Below are positions 42,938 through 55,373 of a stretch of DNA of 64,000 nt, piece after piece. This DNA comes from an uncultured Armatimonadia bacterium (GTDB lineage: Bacteria; Armatimonadota; Zipacnadia; CAVVLO01). The stretch is from assembly GCA_963749155.1 (NCBI GenBank), contig CAVVLO010000003.1:384001-448000 (forward strand), in the 5' to 3' direction. Both the position numbers and the translations under genes were made by a program. A model generated the notes under the pieces. That model was not told the origin of the DNA. It made no database searches and saw only the letters and a program-made list of their open reading frames with translations. Positions within the stretch are counted from its first letter, which is position 1. The number at the start of each line of letters is the position of its first letter.

Positions 42938-45748
42938 TCACTCCTCAGGTTGCCACAGGTCCAGTTCGTCCACCAATAGTCGCCCTTCTGGCTCGCTGCC
43001 TTCGGCCTTCCACACATCTACATACAAGGCGGCGTTCGTAAAACCTTCTGGCCAGTCGTCAGAATTAATTTTTCCCTCGAATTTTACCCATTCCGAGTCG
43101 CCCTTCGGGCACTGGCCCGGCCCCATCAACACTGTATCGCCAAGCCACTTGCCCTCGCCAAAACGCGCCAGGGCGATCTGGCAGTTGGCCAGCCTCAGGC
43201 CCTCGGCCTTTACCCATACACTCCAGTACAGGGGGAGGTTCGGCTTCAGGCGCAGATACCATTGTTGCCAGTTCACAATCCGCCCATTGTAAGGCGCAGA
43301 AATCTCCAGACAACCTGGCGCAAGGTGACCAGCCTCGGGAGTCCAGGCGATGGTGCCCTCTCGCTCGGTGTTCCATATCCCTGCCGTGTCGCGCGTAAAG
43401 CCAGGGTCATCAAAGGCCGAAAGCGCCCCTACAGTTATCGGGAAGACCTGCGAGAGTACCTTTTCATCCTGCCGGAGCGTAAGGCGCACGAAGGCCAGAG
43501 CGTGCTCGGTTGTCCTCGGTGGCGCTTACGCGAAGGGTGGCCTGGTGCGCCTTCGGTTGAAAGAGACGCCTGCACGCTTGGCTCGGATTGCAGCACCTCA
43601 TAGCTGACAGTGGCGCCCTTGGGGAGGGTTGCCAGTGCGCGTTCCGGCCGAACCGGCGGCCATCAGGCTGGAAGGTCTGAGCTTCGTCAGAGCGCCCCAG
43701 GAATTGCCAAGGCGCTCGAGCGCAGCGCTGCCGGAGCAGGAAAAGAGGCCCGTGCGAGAGGTCGAGTGTGAGATCGCTGGCTTTGCCTTCTGCAACGACA
43801 TTGCCATAGAGGTCAAGCACGGTGAGTTGCTCTCCTGGCGCGCAGCCAAGGTCAGTCGCTCGACGCTCGGGCGCTTTGCCCAGCGCATCATCAAGCACGA
43901 TGGCGCGGCGACCAGAAAACGCGATGACGCGCAGGCCAGGGGCGGCTTCCCACGCGCCAAGCGCCCTGCGGCCATCGAAGGCTTTTGTCAGCGCAGCGAA
44001 GGCGGCGTAGCCAATCTTCGGAAGCAACCCCTCATACAAGAGGCCAATCGCCCCATCGTGCGCATACTCTGCCTCTCCCCAGGTTGGCTTGTGGAAGGGG
44101 TCATGCGGGTCCAGAGTGCAGAACCAGAAGACCTTGTCAGTGGGACGTTCCGAGAGGAAGAGCGCCATATCGCCGATGAGCAACTGCGCCTGAGCGAGCT
44201 CATCCGTGCCAACTTTCTGGTTGAAGTCCGGGTTGAGATCGCAGGCGGAAGCGCCTATCTCGTTCAGCCAGGCGGGCTTGTCCCAGCCCTCCGCTCCTCC
44301 CCACAGGTCTAGCCTGGTGCGGATATGGTGGAGGACAGTAGAAGGCGGCGAGTAGGTATGGAAGGTAAAGACATCGGTCTCGTCGGCGCGCCCAGCTTGA
44401 CCGTGTCGCGCAGCCAGTGGCGATAACCTGCGCTGCTTGGCGCATCGATAAAGCAGTCAGGATCAGCCGTCTTGGCCGCCTGGCGCGTTACCTCGAGCAA
44501 GTCTACATACTGGTCGGCGTTCTCGCCCGCAGTGCCAGGCCACATCATATCGGGCTCGTTCCAGGCCTCATAGTGACTGATGCGCCCGCGGAAGTGAGTC
44601 GCCAGAGCGCGCACCCAGTCGCCCCATAATCTCAGCTTGTCAGGCGGGGGCGGCGTCTGCAAGAGGCCGCTGCCGCCAACACTTTCTGGCGAACTGAACA
44701 GGATGGCCTCATACTCGAGTCCTAACTGCTCGCAGCGCGCGATGGTATTGTCGAGCTGGGTGAAGTCATAGACGCCGGGTTCGGGCTCCTGAGTGCGCCA
44801 GGTGTTTTCCCAGGCAAGCCAGGGCCGCACCCATTTGGCCCCCGTCGCCTGCACCAGCGGAAACTGGAAGGTATACGCCCACAGTTGATGCTGGAAGAGG
44901 TTGATGCCGAAGCTGGACTCCTCAGGTGAGATGTCCGCGCGCGGCGCGGGCACGCGTGTCAGGCGCAGGACCCAGGCAAGTTCCTTCCCCGCCGCATCAA
45001 GCAGCCGCGCCTCGAAGACGCCATAGCGAGGCAGCTTCACCTGGATTTCCGGTGTGCCGAACTCGCCCGCTTCAAGAGGCAGCTTGACAGGATAATCACC
45101 GACGGCCTCGCCCGTCAGCTTGTCGGTGACTTCGAGCTGTAGGCCCGCTTCCGTCACGCCAAGCGCCAAGAGGCGCACCTGAAGGGATTCTCGGTCAAGG
45201 GCGAGATGGCCAACCTCGTCGGTCTCAAGCCGGTATACTGGCCCCTCTCCCGCCGGTAGCAGGTGGAAAGGCGCAAGCACCCCGCCAGGAAGCTCCAGCA
45301 CCAGGCCAGCCAGACACTCCTCTGAGTAGAAAGCCTGGTTGAACCACAGGTCGGTCAGCTCCACCCGCTGGCAGTTCATCCCGCCCGCGACGAGTCGCGC
45401 TTTGAAGCGCCAGTGCGGTTCTTCATAGCTGTAAAGCCCGCTTGCATCAGCTTCCAGCCAATGGCAGGTTGCCCTTGCCCAGTCATCCGGCGCGCTGGAA
45501 GGGGTGACAACTACACCCAGCCTTGCAGGCGCGGCTGCCACTGATATGGCCTCAAAGAGCCCCCCGACTGGACCGGGCAGCTCCAGCGTCTGACCGAGCC
45601 AGGAGGGATGCACCCACTGACCGCGATACTGATCAAGCAAGTCCAATAGCAGCGGTTTGGCGTTGTGGGGCAAGCTACTTGCCCAGGCCGATGTCGTCAT
45701 CGCTATTATCACCAGCAAAAGGCCGAAGCCCCTGATTCGTCTGCCCAT
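42938..45748 (-). CDS. Secreted GH39-like glycoside hydrolase with C-terminal CBM-like domain (several frameshifts)
   Basis: SSFGIN, GAKWVR, YEAWNEPD, PKIGYAAFA; ORFs 44309-45748, 43464-44183 and 42938-43489. Confidence 0.65.
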
Positions 45749-45757
45749 CGAGGCTCC

Positions 45758-48635
45758 TTAGTAGATCGCTGTGATTTTCAAGGTAACCGAGCCGCGCCCC
45801 TCGGTCCAGTCGTCAATCCCCGCCAGCGCCTCAAAGCGGTTGAAGCGCCCACCCAGCGAGTAGACCAGCCGCGCGGGGGCGTCCAGCTTGGCGGCCCACT
45901 GGGCCTGTTGGCCACCGATTTTGAGCGCGCCCAGGCCAAGCGCCGGGGTCGCTCCACCTGATTGCACGGCTAGTTTGGCTGGAAGGTCGGCAAGCCGCGT
46001 GACAGCGCCTTCGTTCGCCACAAATTGGGGGTTGCCGAGTGCGAAGGAATCGTACTCGCCCCCATCCCCCGCCTGGCCCACCTCGAGGCGCAGTTCCTGG
46101 ACACCGGAAAGGTCGAGAGCCAGATTGAATGCCGGCTCGCCGCCCCGTATGACACCGCTCTCAAACAGCACTTTGGAGACTGTCCAGCGAGCTTCTACAA
46201 CTGGGCCAGGGGGCAATCCAAACCGGAAGGCCCGCGCCTTCAGGTTGAGGCTCTGTCCAAGCGGGATTGGCCCTTCCCAGAGAGGCGAGTCGGCCGTTGG
46301 AGCCGTGCCATCCATCGTGTAGCGCACCTGGGCGCCTGGTGCGGCGATGACAGAGACCTCGGTACCCGCTTCGACCTCGCCTGAACCCGGAAGCACCAGC
46401 ACTTCGTCGTAGGCAAGAGGCGCGAGCTCGACAAGCTGCTCGCTTTCGGCCGCTGGGAAGGTCACAACGCCATCGGCTTCACTGCACTCCGCAAGCGCAA
46501 GGCGCTCTCCCCGGCTGCCCAGCCTCAGCGCGCGCGTGCTGGAGGGAGCCTCGGGCAGATCGTCTGGGCGAAGCCGCCAGGGGCCCTCGGCGACCACGTG
46601 AAGCTGCCAGTTGCCTGCCGCGTTCAAGAAGGCTGCGAAGTCGCCCTTCCCCTCGAAAGGCCCTGCGGCGCGCGCAACTGACGTCTGCACGAAGAGGAAA
46701 CCAGGCGCCTCCACCCGCGTAAGGGGCGCGCCTTCCTCCATCAGCCGGGACTCGCGGATATCCGGCCCTTCAGCCAGGAACCCATACGGCGCGAGCATCA
46801 CGTTCTCCCACTCGCGCGGTTTGGAGTCGTAGTTTACGACCGCAGTGGCGCCCGAGGAGAAGCGCGTTCGCTGCAGCAGGCGGTCCTCGGAGAGGAACTC
46901 GTGGTGCTCCAGCTGGGTGAAAGCGACCGCCTCGTGCCATTTGCAGGTCAGCCGATACGTCTGGAGGAAGCGCTGCCGCTCGCGGTCCCAGCCGTAGCCG
47001 AGTTCATTCGCCCACATCAGAGGGGGGGTGCCGTAGAGGATATTACTGATATCTTTGAAGTCCGAAAGCTCGGGCGCGATGTCATACGCATAGCCCGATG
47101 AGTCGCCCCAGTACCAGGTGCTGACCAGGCAGTCATGATACAGGAGTTCGTAAAGAGGTATCCGCACCCGGGGGTTTACGCCGTAGTCGAGATACCGCGA
47201 GGGGAACTGGTCACGGTTCTTGATACGCACCAGATGGCCAGCGTCGTATTCCCACCAGAAACTGCCGCTCATCGTGCCCTCGGCATAGTCCACATAAGGC
47301 TGCGTCCAGGCTTTGGCGTGTTCTCCGCCGACAACCAGCCCCTTCTGCTGCATCCAGGAGAGCAGTTCGCGGCGATAATCGGCGTCCTGTCGACGGTCGA
47401 AAGTATGGTCTGGATGATAATCCTCGACCAGGTCAACAGCAGGCGACACGTCAATGAATCTAAGCGTGAAGGGCCACTTGGCGAGCAGGTCCGGCACGTA
47501 GGCTTCAGCGGCGGCGACCGACTGGCTGGAAGAACGCTGATAGTATTGCAGGCCCTCCAGTGTCAGCCAGCCTGTGCGCGCTTTACCATCAGGCGCGCGA
47601 TAGCTCTCCTTCTCGATATTGCCGCGCGTGATGCCAGGGGGACCTTCCAGCAAGTCTACATAGTTGTCGTATTCCCCGGTCAGGAAGGCGAGGTCCGTCA
47701 ACTTGCGGATCTCCTCAGGCGGGAAGCGCCCGTACACGATGGCCCGGGCCACACCCCGGGCGCGGGCCTCCTCGGCAAATCGCAGCCCATCGGAGCCCCA
47801 AACCAGACACGCGCCTGCGCAGCCAGTCGAGCCGGGGCCTCGTTTTGGCTCTCTCGGTGAGGGGCACAAGCTGGCCCTGCCCCGCCGCCCAGTCGCGGTA
47901 GAGCTTCGCCAGGGCTACGTAGCCGCCCTCGGGAGAAAACCGATAACTGACCGCGCGCGGAGAAGCGAACTTGCCGAGGGACGAGATCCAGATGACCCGC
48001 GGCCAGCTCTTGCTGTCAGCGTCAGGTTCGAAGCGGACAACGACATCGCAGGGGGTCTCCAGCAGCAGCGCGCAGCCAGCCCCAGTGGAGAGGTCCACCA
48101 TCCCGACGAAGGGCTGATCCAGCGCATTTGTGTTGCCGTAGCACATCAGGGTCTTGCCGCGGTAGGTCTCATCACTCTGGGGGATGAGCGCCCCCGAGGA
48201 ACGGTCACAAAACAGCAGCGCCCCCTCCGCAAGCGTCGCGTGGAAAACCGGCGGATAGTTGAGCCAGGCGAAGTCAGCCTGCGGATCCTCGGCTTCGATT
48301 GTGAAGCTGAGCGCGCCCTCAGCGCTGAGCGAGACCGCGCACCAGAAACGCGATTCGGTCTGGCAGTGGCGGAAGAGCAGCCTCAGCGAGGCTGGAGAGG
48401 TCTTCTCGGCCTGCAATATGAAACCCGTATCGTCCCCGCCCTGGGCCTCCCACACCTGTCCGGAGCGGCTGTCGGTCGCCGTGTAGGTGTGCTTCAGGCC
48501 ATCGGGGGCGACGTCGAGAACAAGCGCCAGCGGTCCGGCGGCGATTTCAAGCCGGGCAGGCCCCTCGTAGCCCTGGGCAACCGCCAGGGTCGCGCAGGCA
48601 AGCAGCAGTCCGACAAACGCGAGTAACACCTTCAT
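45758..48635 (-). CDS. Secreted GH101/DUF5696-like glycoside hydrolase with Fn3-associated and NPCBM-like domains (frameshift near 47812)
   Basis: Signal peptide, GGYVALAKLYR, YDNYVD, RFIDV, VVGGEH, RIPLYELLYHD, QRTRFSSG, VRYTMDGTAPT. Confidence 0.65.
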
Positions 48636-48643
48636 CTGTCTCC

Positions 48644-49985
48644 TCACTCGTGGTGGGCAGTGGCGGGTTTGGCCTCGACATAATGGTCGTTCCAGTGGTT
48701 CTCGAGGTCAGCGCGCCAGGCCTGGGCGTCCTCCGTCAGTTCGGCGGCAAGCCTGGGATATTGTTCCTTCAGGTTAAGCCTCTCGCCGGGGTCGTCGGAA
48801 AGGTTGGAGAGATGCACCGAATCCTCGGGCGGGGCGCCTTCTACGAGTTGACCGTTCAGCACCAGCTTCCAGTCGCCGCGCCGGACGGCCGTCTGGTCGC
48901 CCATCTCCCAGTAAATCGCCTCGTGGGGGCTCTTGGCGCCGCTCGTGACCATCGGCAACACGTTCAGCCCGTCCAGCTCGTAGTCGGCCGGATTTCCACC
49001 GGCGGCGCTGAGCACAGTTGGGAAAAGGTCCATTGCCGCGCCCGGCTCGCTGATGACCTGACCGGCGGGGATGGCGGCGGGCCAGCTCATAAGGCAGGGC
49101 ATCCGGATACCACCCTCATAGAGGCTAAATTTGTGGCCCTTCAACGGTCCTGCGGTGCCGCCGTAGTAGGGATCAGTGTTGCCATCGAGCCAGTTGCGCG
49201 TCTCGCGGCTTGGGCCATTGTCGCTCTGGAAGAAGACAAAAGTGTTCTCGGTGAGGCCATTGCGTTCGAGCGCGTCCCTCACCTGGCCGACGCCATCGTC
49301 CACCGCAGCGAGCATCGCGGCCATTATCGCCCTGTCCCACGGCAGGCCAGGGAAGCGGTCGAGATACTCTTTGGGCGCGTGCATCGTGTAGTGGGGCGCG
49401 TTGTAGGCGACATAGAGGAAGAAGGGCTCCTCGTGCCTCGCGGCGTCTTCGATATAATCCACGGCGCGCTCGGAGATAAGCTCGGTAACGTAGTGACCGT
49501 TGTCCCAGATCTCCTCGTTGTCCTCGAACAGGTCGTGGACGGGATCGTGACCGCCCCAGTAGAAGATATGCGAATAATAGTCTACGCACCCGGCCAGCAG
49601 GCCCATCCAGCGGTCGAAGCCGCGATTTTGGGGCCGATAGTCCTCTGCAACGCCCAGGTGCCATTTGCCGGACATATAGGTGCGGTAGCCTTCCTGCTTG
49701 AGGGCGCTTGCGATGGTGGGCGTCGTCTGAGGCAGGCCCGTCGCCTGGCGATGGCCGGCGAGGATGCTTCTCACACCCGAGTGACCAGGATAGCGCCCCG
49801 TCAGCACTGAAGCCCTCGAAGGGCGAGCAGACAGGCGAATTGGAGTACCAGTCGGTAAACCGCACCCCAGAGGCCGCAAGCGCGTCCAGATGAGGCGTCT
49901 TGAGGTCGCTTGCGCCCATACAGCCCAGGTCGCCGTAGCCCTGATCGTCAGTGTAGAAGATAACGAAATTCGGTCTTTTTGCCAT
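48644..49985 (-). CDS. Arylsulfatase-like formylglycine-dependent sulfatase (frameshift near 49820)
   Basis: RPNFVIFYTDDQGYGD; C-S-P-S-R restored by removing one T; LTGRY, GKWHLG, SDNG, YEGGIRMP. Confidence 0.92.
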
Positions 49986-50019
49986 TGCATACTCCTTTAC
50001 CAGACAGACTGTTAGGGAG

Positions 50020-50044
50020 ATTCGCTGAAGTTATCAGATTTCCT
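50020..50044 (-). promoter_or_regulatory. AGGA-N17-GAAT promoter
   Basis: Upstream of the sulfatase heading the 13-kb minus-strand operon. Confidence 0.6.
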
Positions 50045-50151
50045 ACAGCAATTGGGCCCCTGGACGCTAAGATTCAAGTTGGTACGAGAGAGGCCGTTTC
50101 CGAGATTAGCTTTGGCAAGGACTTCAGTCCGTTTTCACCTGGAGGCAAGGT

Positions 50152-52051
50152 ATGCGCTTCCCCTTCCTGGTCTGCCTGATGATGCTGACAATTGCCCCGC
50201 TATTGCTCTGCCCGGTAGTCCTCCACGCCCAGACTGAGCAGCCCGGCTTCAAAATGCAGACTGGGAAGCAGCCCAGGGCGTCTGAGGCTGGACAACTGGC
50301 TGCGATCCTCATATGTGCTTGTTCTTCCAGTTGCAGGACTGGTGTAGAGCCCAGCACTCCTTGCAGATGCTGGACAATCTGCCTGGATTCGAGGCGTCGA
50401 CTGCACATTATCTGCTTTCTTTTCGGGAAGAACTGCAAGACCTGATCGCCACTTATGGGGAAGAAGCCCAAGTACGCTGCTGGTCTGAGGGAACTCGGGT
50501 GCCGAGTCATACCGGGAGCTGGACCTGCGGGATGAGGCGGCGGCAAACGCCTATCTTGCATATCGAGCAAGCCTGCCTGAATCCGAGCAGGCTGCCCTTC
50601 CCCTCTTTGCCGAAGCAGCTTTGGGCGATTTGCTGGCGAAGACGCAAGCAATCCTTGGCTTGGGACTGGATGACCTCGAGGCCCTCCGTTATGTGGTTAG
50701 CTGGACTGAAAAACAGCTCACCCAGGCACAGACGCTAAAGCCGGATGAACAGACTGCTAGCCTGGGTATTCCCGATTACTATGAGCCGTGCAAGCAGCAG
50801 TTGGCCCGACTCGAGCGGTTAGGGGAAATCGTCAAGTTGCCGGTGCGCTCGCTGCCCGAGTTCTTTGCGATGGAACTGGCTGCCAACCCAAAACTTGATG
50901 AGATGATAACCGAACTTGAGGCCGCCAAATCGGAGTTCGGAGGGGAGTTTGGCGCGGTCTGGACCCTGGTTGTCAACCCCTTAAGTTACTCATATACCGG
51001 CACTCGCAAGCTGAGCGTGGACTATCTTCTTGTCTGCGCCCAAGGCGTTCGCGGACTTCGAGACGGCAAGGTTGCTGACCTCAAAACCGCACTTGGCTAT
51101 TTCACAGACAGCGACGCAGACCTGGCTGCCAGGCCAATACCGCGCGGCTATTGGGAAATGGGCGAGGCGCTCCTTCGACTGGAAGCGGGCTTCGTGCCCC
51201 GTCCAGTTACAGCTGAAGACTGGCACTCGATGCAGGAGTGCTGGCGTATCGAGCTGGCCTTCTTCAAGGGTTATCTGACAGAAATCGAAGCGCTTCGACT
51301 TGCCCGCGCCCGGCTTGCTCTCCTCATCGCCCGGTACAGTGGCGAGCAGAGACTGCGCTGCTGGGAGCCTGGTATCCCGCTAGCTGCTGAACTTGCCGCT
51401 CTCAATCTGCGCGATGATGCGGCAGTGATGGCCTGGCGTCGCAGCACGGATGAGATGCCCGCCAGCGCCCACAGCGACCTTCCCATACTCGCAGAGGAGC
51501 CACTTTTCGAGCTGATGGCGAGGCTCCAGAACCATATAGGGCTTGCCGAGAACGACGCTGACGCGCTTCGCTATGCGGTGGTCTGGGCCGAGGAGTATCT
51601 CGCAAGGCAGCGCGCAATCCCCGAGCCTGCTGGACACTATGGCCCGTGGCATTATCCGCATATCTACGAGCCTTGCAAAAGACGCCTGACCGAGTTGCTT
51701 GCCGAGGGCGCCAGGCTAGCGCCGGCGGCCTTCACCCTTTATGGGCAGTTTCCACTTGTAGAAGCTGAAAACGAATACTTCCTGCCTCTCGGCAGCCTCC
51801 CCTTGCCTCTGGACAGTGTGAGATGGGATTCGCAAACAAAAACGGCCAGGTTGGCTTTACCCACGCCAATCAGCCTTACGGCAGGCGTTCAGCGCGCCCT
51901 GGTTGGCAAAAAGTCGGTGCCCCTGACTGCTGCCCCTCTGTTAAGAGATTCCGAGCTCTATCTGGCGGCGCGCGATCTGCCTCTGCTCGGGGTAGCTTAC
52001 CGATGGGATCCTGCCCTCAGCGCCTTGCGGGTGACCCTGAGCAAGCGCTGA
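50152..52051 (+). CDS. Secreted hypothetical protein with internal duplication and C-terminal copper-amine-oxidase-N-like domain (frameshifted 5' part)
   Basis: Signal-like N-terminus; ALRY.V.W.E...YEPCK repeated twice; C-terminal VRWDS...AAPLLRDSELYL...YRWD. Confidence 0.55.
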
Positions 52052-52059
52052 TATCTCAG

Positions 52060-52084
52060 AGGAGACCTGCTTCTTGCGGCGAAC
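52060..52084 (+). promoter_or_regulatory. AGGA-N17-GAAC promoter
   Basis: Upstream of tldD. Confidence 0.55.
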
Positions 52085-52115
52085 CTCCTGCCACCGCTTT
52101 GTGGGAGGCAGGCTT

Positions 52116-53553
52116 ATGAAGGACCTTACCAACTATGCCGTCGAGGTCGCCACCGGCCTTGGCGCCAATTATGCTGACGCGCGCCTGGAGCATTCTCTGC
52201 ACGAGAATCTGATGGTCCGCAACGGCAAGCCCGAGGGCATCAGTTCGACCGAAAGCGAAGGGCTGGGCGTCCGAGTGATCGTAAAGGGCGCCTGGGGCTT
52301 TGCCGCCTCGGACGATCTTTCCAAAGCAGGCCTCGAAGCGACCGCCGAGAGGGCAGTCGCAATTGCCAAAGCAAGCGCCCTGGCCAAAAGTAAACCGGTA
52401 GAGCTGGCGCCTCTAGCTCCAGAGGTGGCTAGTTGGGTTTCTCCCTGCCAGCAAGACCCCTTTGCCGTCCCGCTTGAGGCCAAACTCGCTCTGCTGCTCG
52501 AGGCAGACAAGCTTATGCAAGCCGCTGGGGCAACTCTCACCGAGGCGGAGCTGGACTTCCTGCGCGTCGACAAGCACTTCGCAAGCAGCGAGGGGGCCTG
52601 CATCGCCCAGCGCATCACCCATTCGGGCGGCGGGCTCATCGCAACTGCCATCGAGGGCGATGAGCTGCAGACGCGCTCCTATCCCGCGGCTTTCGGCGGC
52701 GATATCGCTTCGAGCCGGCTGGGAGTTCGTCGAGGCTATGGACCTGGCTGGTCACGCCGAGGAGCTTACCGCCGAAGCGCGCGCCTTGCTCGCAGCCCCC
52801 TCCTGCCCGGAGGGCGAGATGGACCTTATTCTGACAGGCTCCCAGCTTGCCTTGCAGGTACACGAGAGCTGTGGCCATCCCATCGAGCTGGACCGGGTGC
52901 TCGGCACCGAAGCCTCTTTCGCGGGGCGCAGTTTTCTGACCCTGGAGAAACTTGGCAACTTCACTTATGGCTCTCCGCTGGTGAATATCACCGCCGATGC
53001 GACGATCCCAGGGGCGCTTGGCAGTTTTGGCTTCGATGATGAGGGCGTGCCTGCCCAGTGCGTGGACATCGTGAAAGAAGGTCGCTTCGTCGGTTATCTC
53101 AGCAGCCGCGAGACAGCCCCTGTCATCGGGCAGGCCAGCGGGGGGGCGATGCGGGCGGACTCCTGGGGCGCTCTGCCGCTTATCCGGATGACCAATATCA
53201 ACCTGCTACCTGGTGATTCCAGCCTGGCGGAGTTGATTTCGGGCATAAAATACGGCGTGCTGATGGACGCCAACAAGAGCTGGAGCATTGACGACCACCG
53301 GCTCAACTTCCAGTTTGGCTGCGAGCTTGGACGCGTCATCCGGGACGGGAAGCTCGCCGAACTCGTGAAGAATCCCGTCTACACCGGCATCACGCCCGAG
53401 TTCTGGGGCGCTTGCGATGGCATCGCGGGGCCGGCCGAGTGGCGTGTCTGGGGCGTGCCCAACTGCGGCAAAGGCGAGCCTATGCAGGTAGCTCGAGTTG
53501 CCCACGGCACTTCGCCAGCGCGCTTCCGCAAAGTGCATATCACCTGTGCCTGA
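52116..53553 (+). CDS. tldD: TldD metalloprotease (frameshift near 52712)
   Basis: YADAR, GLGVRV..GAWGFA, HESCGH zinc motif, FDDEGVP, IRMTN, CGKGEP. Confidence 0.9.
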
Positions 53554-53565
53554 AGGAGGTCCACC

Positions 53566-54892
53566 ATGTTGGAAGAGCGCGCAATCCGGGACCTGGGAGC
53601 GCTGGCTCTGGCAGCCTCGAAGGCCGACCAGTGCGAAGTGCTGGTAGATTCGGGCACCGGGCAGCTTACCCGGTTTGCCGAAAACACAATTCATCAACAC
53701 ATGGCGCGCGAGGAGACAAACCTCAGTGTGCGCGCGGTGCTGGGCAAACGCATCGGAGTCGCAAGCGGCAACGTGACCACTCCCGAAGCCGTGCGCGAGC
53801 TGGTGGCCAAAGCTGAAGCTTTGGCTCGCAATATGCCTCCGCTTGAAGACTTCGTCTCTCTGCCCGGCCCTCAGCCGGCGCCAGCGCCAGTGGGCTTCGA
53901 TGAGGCGACCGCCGATTTGCCTGCCGAGGCTAGAGCGCGCCGGGTGCTTTATGGACTGGAGAAGGCCAAAGAGGCCGGCGTTGCGGCCTCGGGGCGTCTC
54001 TCTAACCACTGGCAGCGGCTGGGAGTATTCAACTCGCTGGGCCTGGCGCAGGTCGTCGAAAACACCTCGGTGGCGTTTTCTACCGTAATGACAGCCGGCA
54101 CGGGGGCAGGTTATGCTGCCTGTAACTCGTGGCGTTATGACGACCTTAAGGTTGAAGAGAAATTCGATCTGGCGCTGGCCAAAGCGGTGGGCAGCCGCGA
54201 CCCGATTGATTTTGAGCCAGGTCGCTATACAGTGCTGCTCGAACCGGCCGCCGTGGAAGACCTGCTCGGGCTGCTCGCCTGGGCGGGCCTCTCGGCCAAG
54301 CAGGTGCAGGAGGACACCTCCTTTATGGCGGGGCACTTGGGCGAACAGATTACAGGCGCCAATTTTACGCTGTTCGACGAGGGGCAGAGCCCCGCTGGGA
54401 TGCCGATGGCTTGCGACTGGGAGGGCGTACCCCGGCAAGCGCGTGGAGCTTGTCACCAGGGGCATTGCGATGGGGCCGGTCTATGATTCTTACACAGCCT
54501 TCCGCGAGGGCAAGCAGTCTACAGGCCACGCGGGCCCTGCGCCTAATCCTTATGGGCCGTATCCCGCCTGTCTGTTTATCGAGCCAGGCCAGGCTTCTTT
54601 CGACGAGCTGCTCACCAGCGTGGACAGGGGCCTGTTGGTGACCCGTTTCCATTACACCAATCTGGTGCATCACAAGCGAGTAATAGGCACCGGGATGACC
54701 CGCGATGGGACTTTCCTCCTCGAGAAGGGCCAAATTGGGGCGCCTATCAGGAATCTCCGGTTCACCGAGAACCTGCTCGAAGCCTTCGCGCGCATCGCTC
54801 TCCTGGGCGCCGAGGTGGAACGCGTCGGCAGTACCGTAGTTCCAGCGATGGTTCTCGAGGATTTCCATTTCAACGGCAAGACCGAATTCTAA
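53566..54892 (+). CDS. pmbA: TldE/PmbA family protein (frameshift near 54433)
   Basis: TRFAENTIHQ, PGRYTVLLEPAAV, DWEGVP, STGHA, TGMTRDG, NLRF; follows tldD. Confidence 0.85.
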
Positions 54893-54934
54893 AACGGGAC
54901 TTCACAGGGGGCAGTGGCGCGAAGCCTGCCCTGC

Positions 54935-55268
54935 CGCGAAGCGAGTGCAGGGGTGCAGTACCCCCCCGGCCGCGTGTTTCGGGAGCTTGCTCCCGAAACC
55001 TCAAGGGAGCCATAAGGGCTGGGCGGGTCTCAGACCCGCCCCTACAAAACCCAAAGACCTGCTTGAGAGCAGCGCGAAGCGAGTGCAGGGGTGCAGTACC
55101 CCCCCGGCCGCGTGTTTCGGGAGCTTGCTCCCGAAACCTCAAGGGAGTCATAAAAGCTGGGCGGGTCTCAGACCCGCCCCTACAAAAACCAAAGACCTGC
55201 TTGAGAGCAGCGCGAAGCGAGTGCAGGGGTGCAGGGGATAATATCCCCTGCGCCTTTCAGCCTTTACC
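54935..55268 (-). repeat. REP mosaic array (two full 138-bp units plus a partial third) containing GTAG-type REPs
   Basis: Units start near 54935, 55073 and 55211; GTAGGGGCGGGTCTGAGACCCGCCC on the minus strand at 55021-55045 and 55159-55183. Confidence 0.85.
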
Positions 55269-55274
55269 GCTCGC

Positions 55275-55299
55275 AGGAGTTGTTCCATCCCCGTTGAAT
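55275..55299 (+). promoter_or_regulatory. AGGA-N17-GAAT promoter
   Basis: Between the REP array and the SBP-permease fusion. Confidence 0.6.
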
Positions 55300-55373
55300 T
55301 CTTTCCTATCCCATGCGGAGGGTATGATGCTGGTGGCTGGAAGCCTGACTGAGTCCTGTGGAGCGCCTGGCCT

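Noticed and set aside
52690..52730. Programmed ribosomal frameshifting in tldD and other split genes
   Set aside because: No slippery heptamer or stimulatory structure; indels are widespread and inconsistent in context
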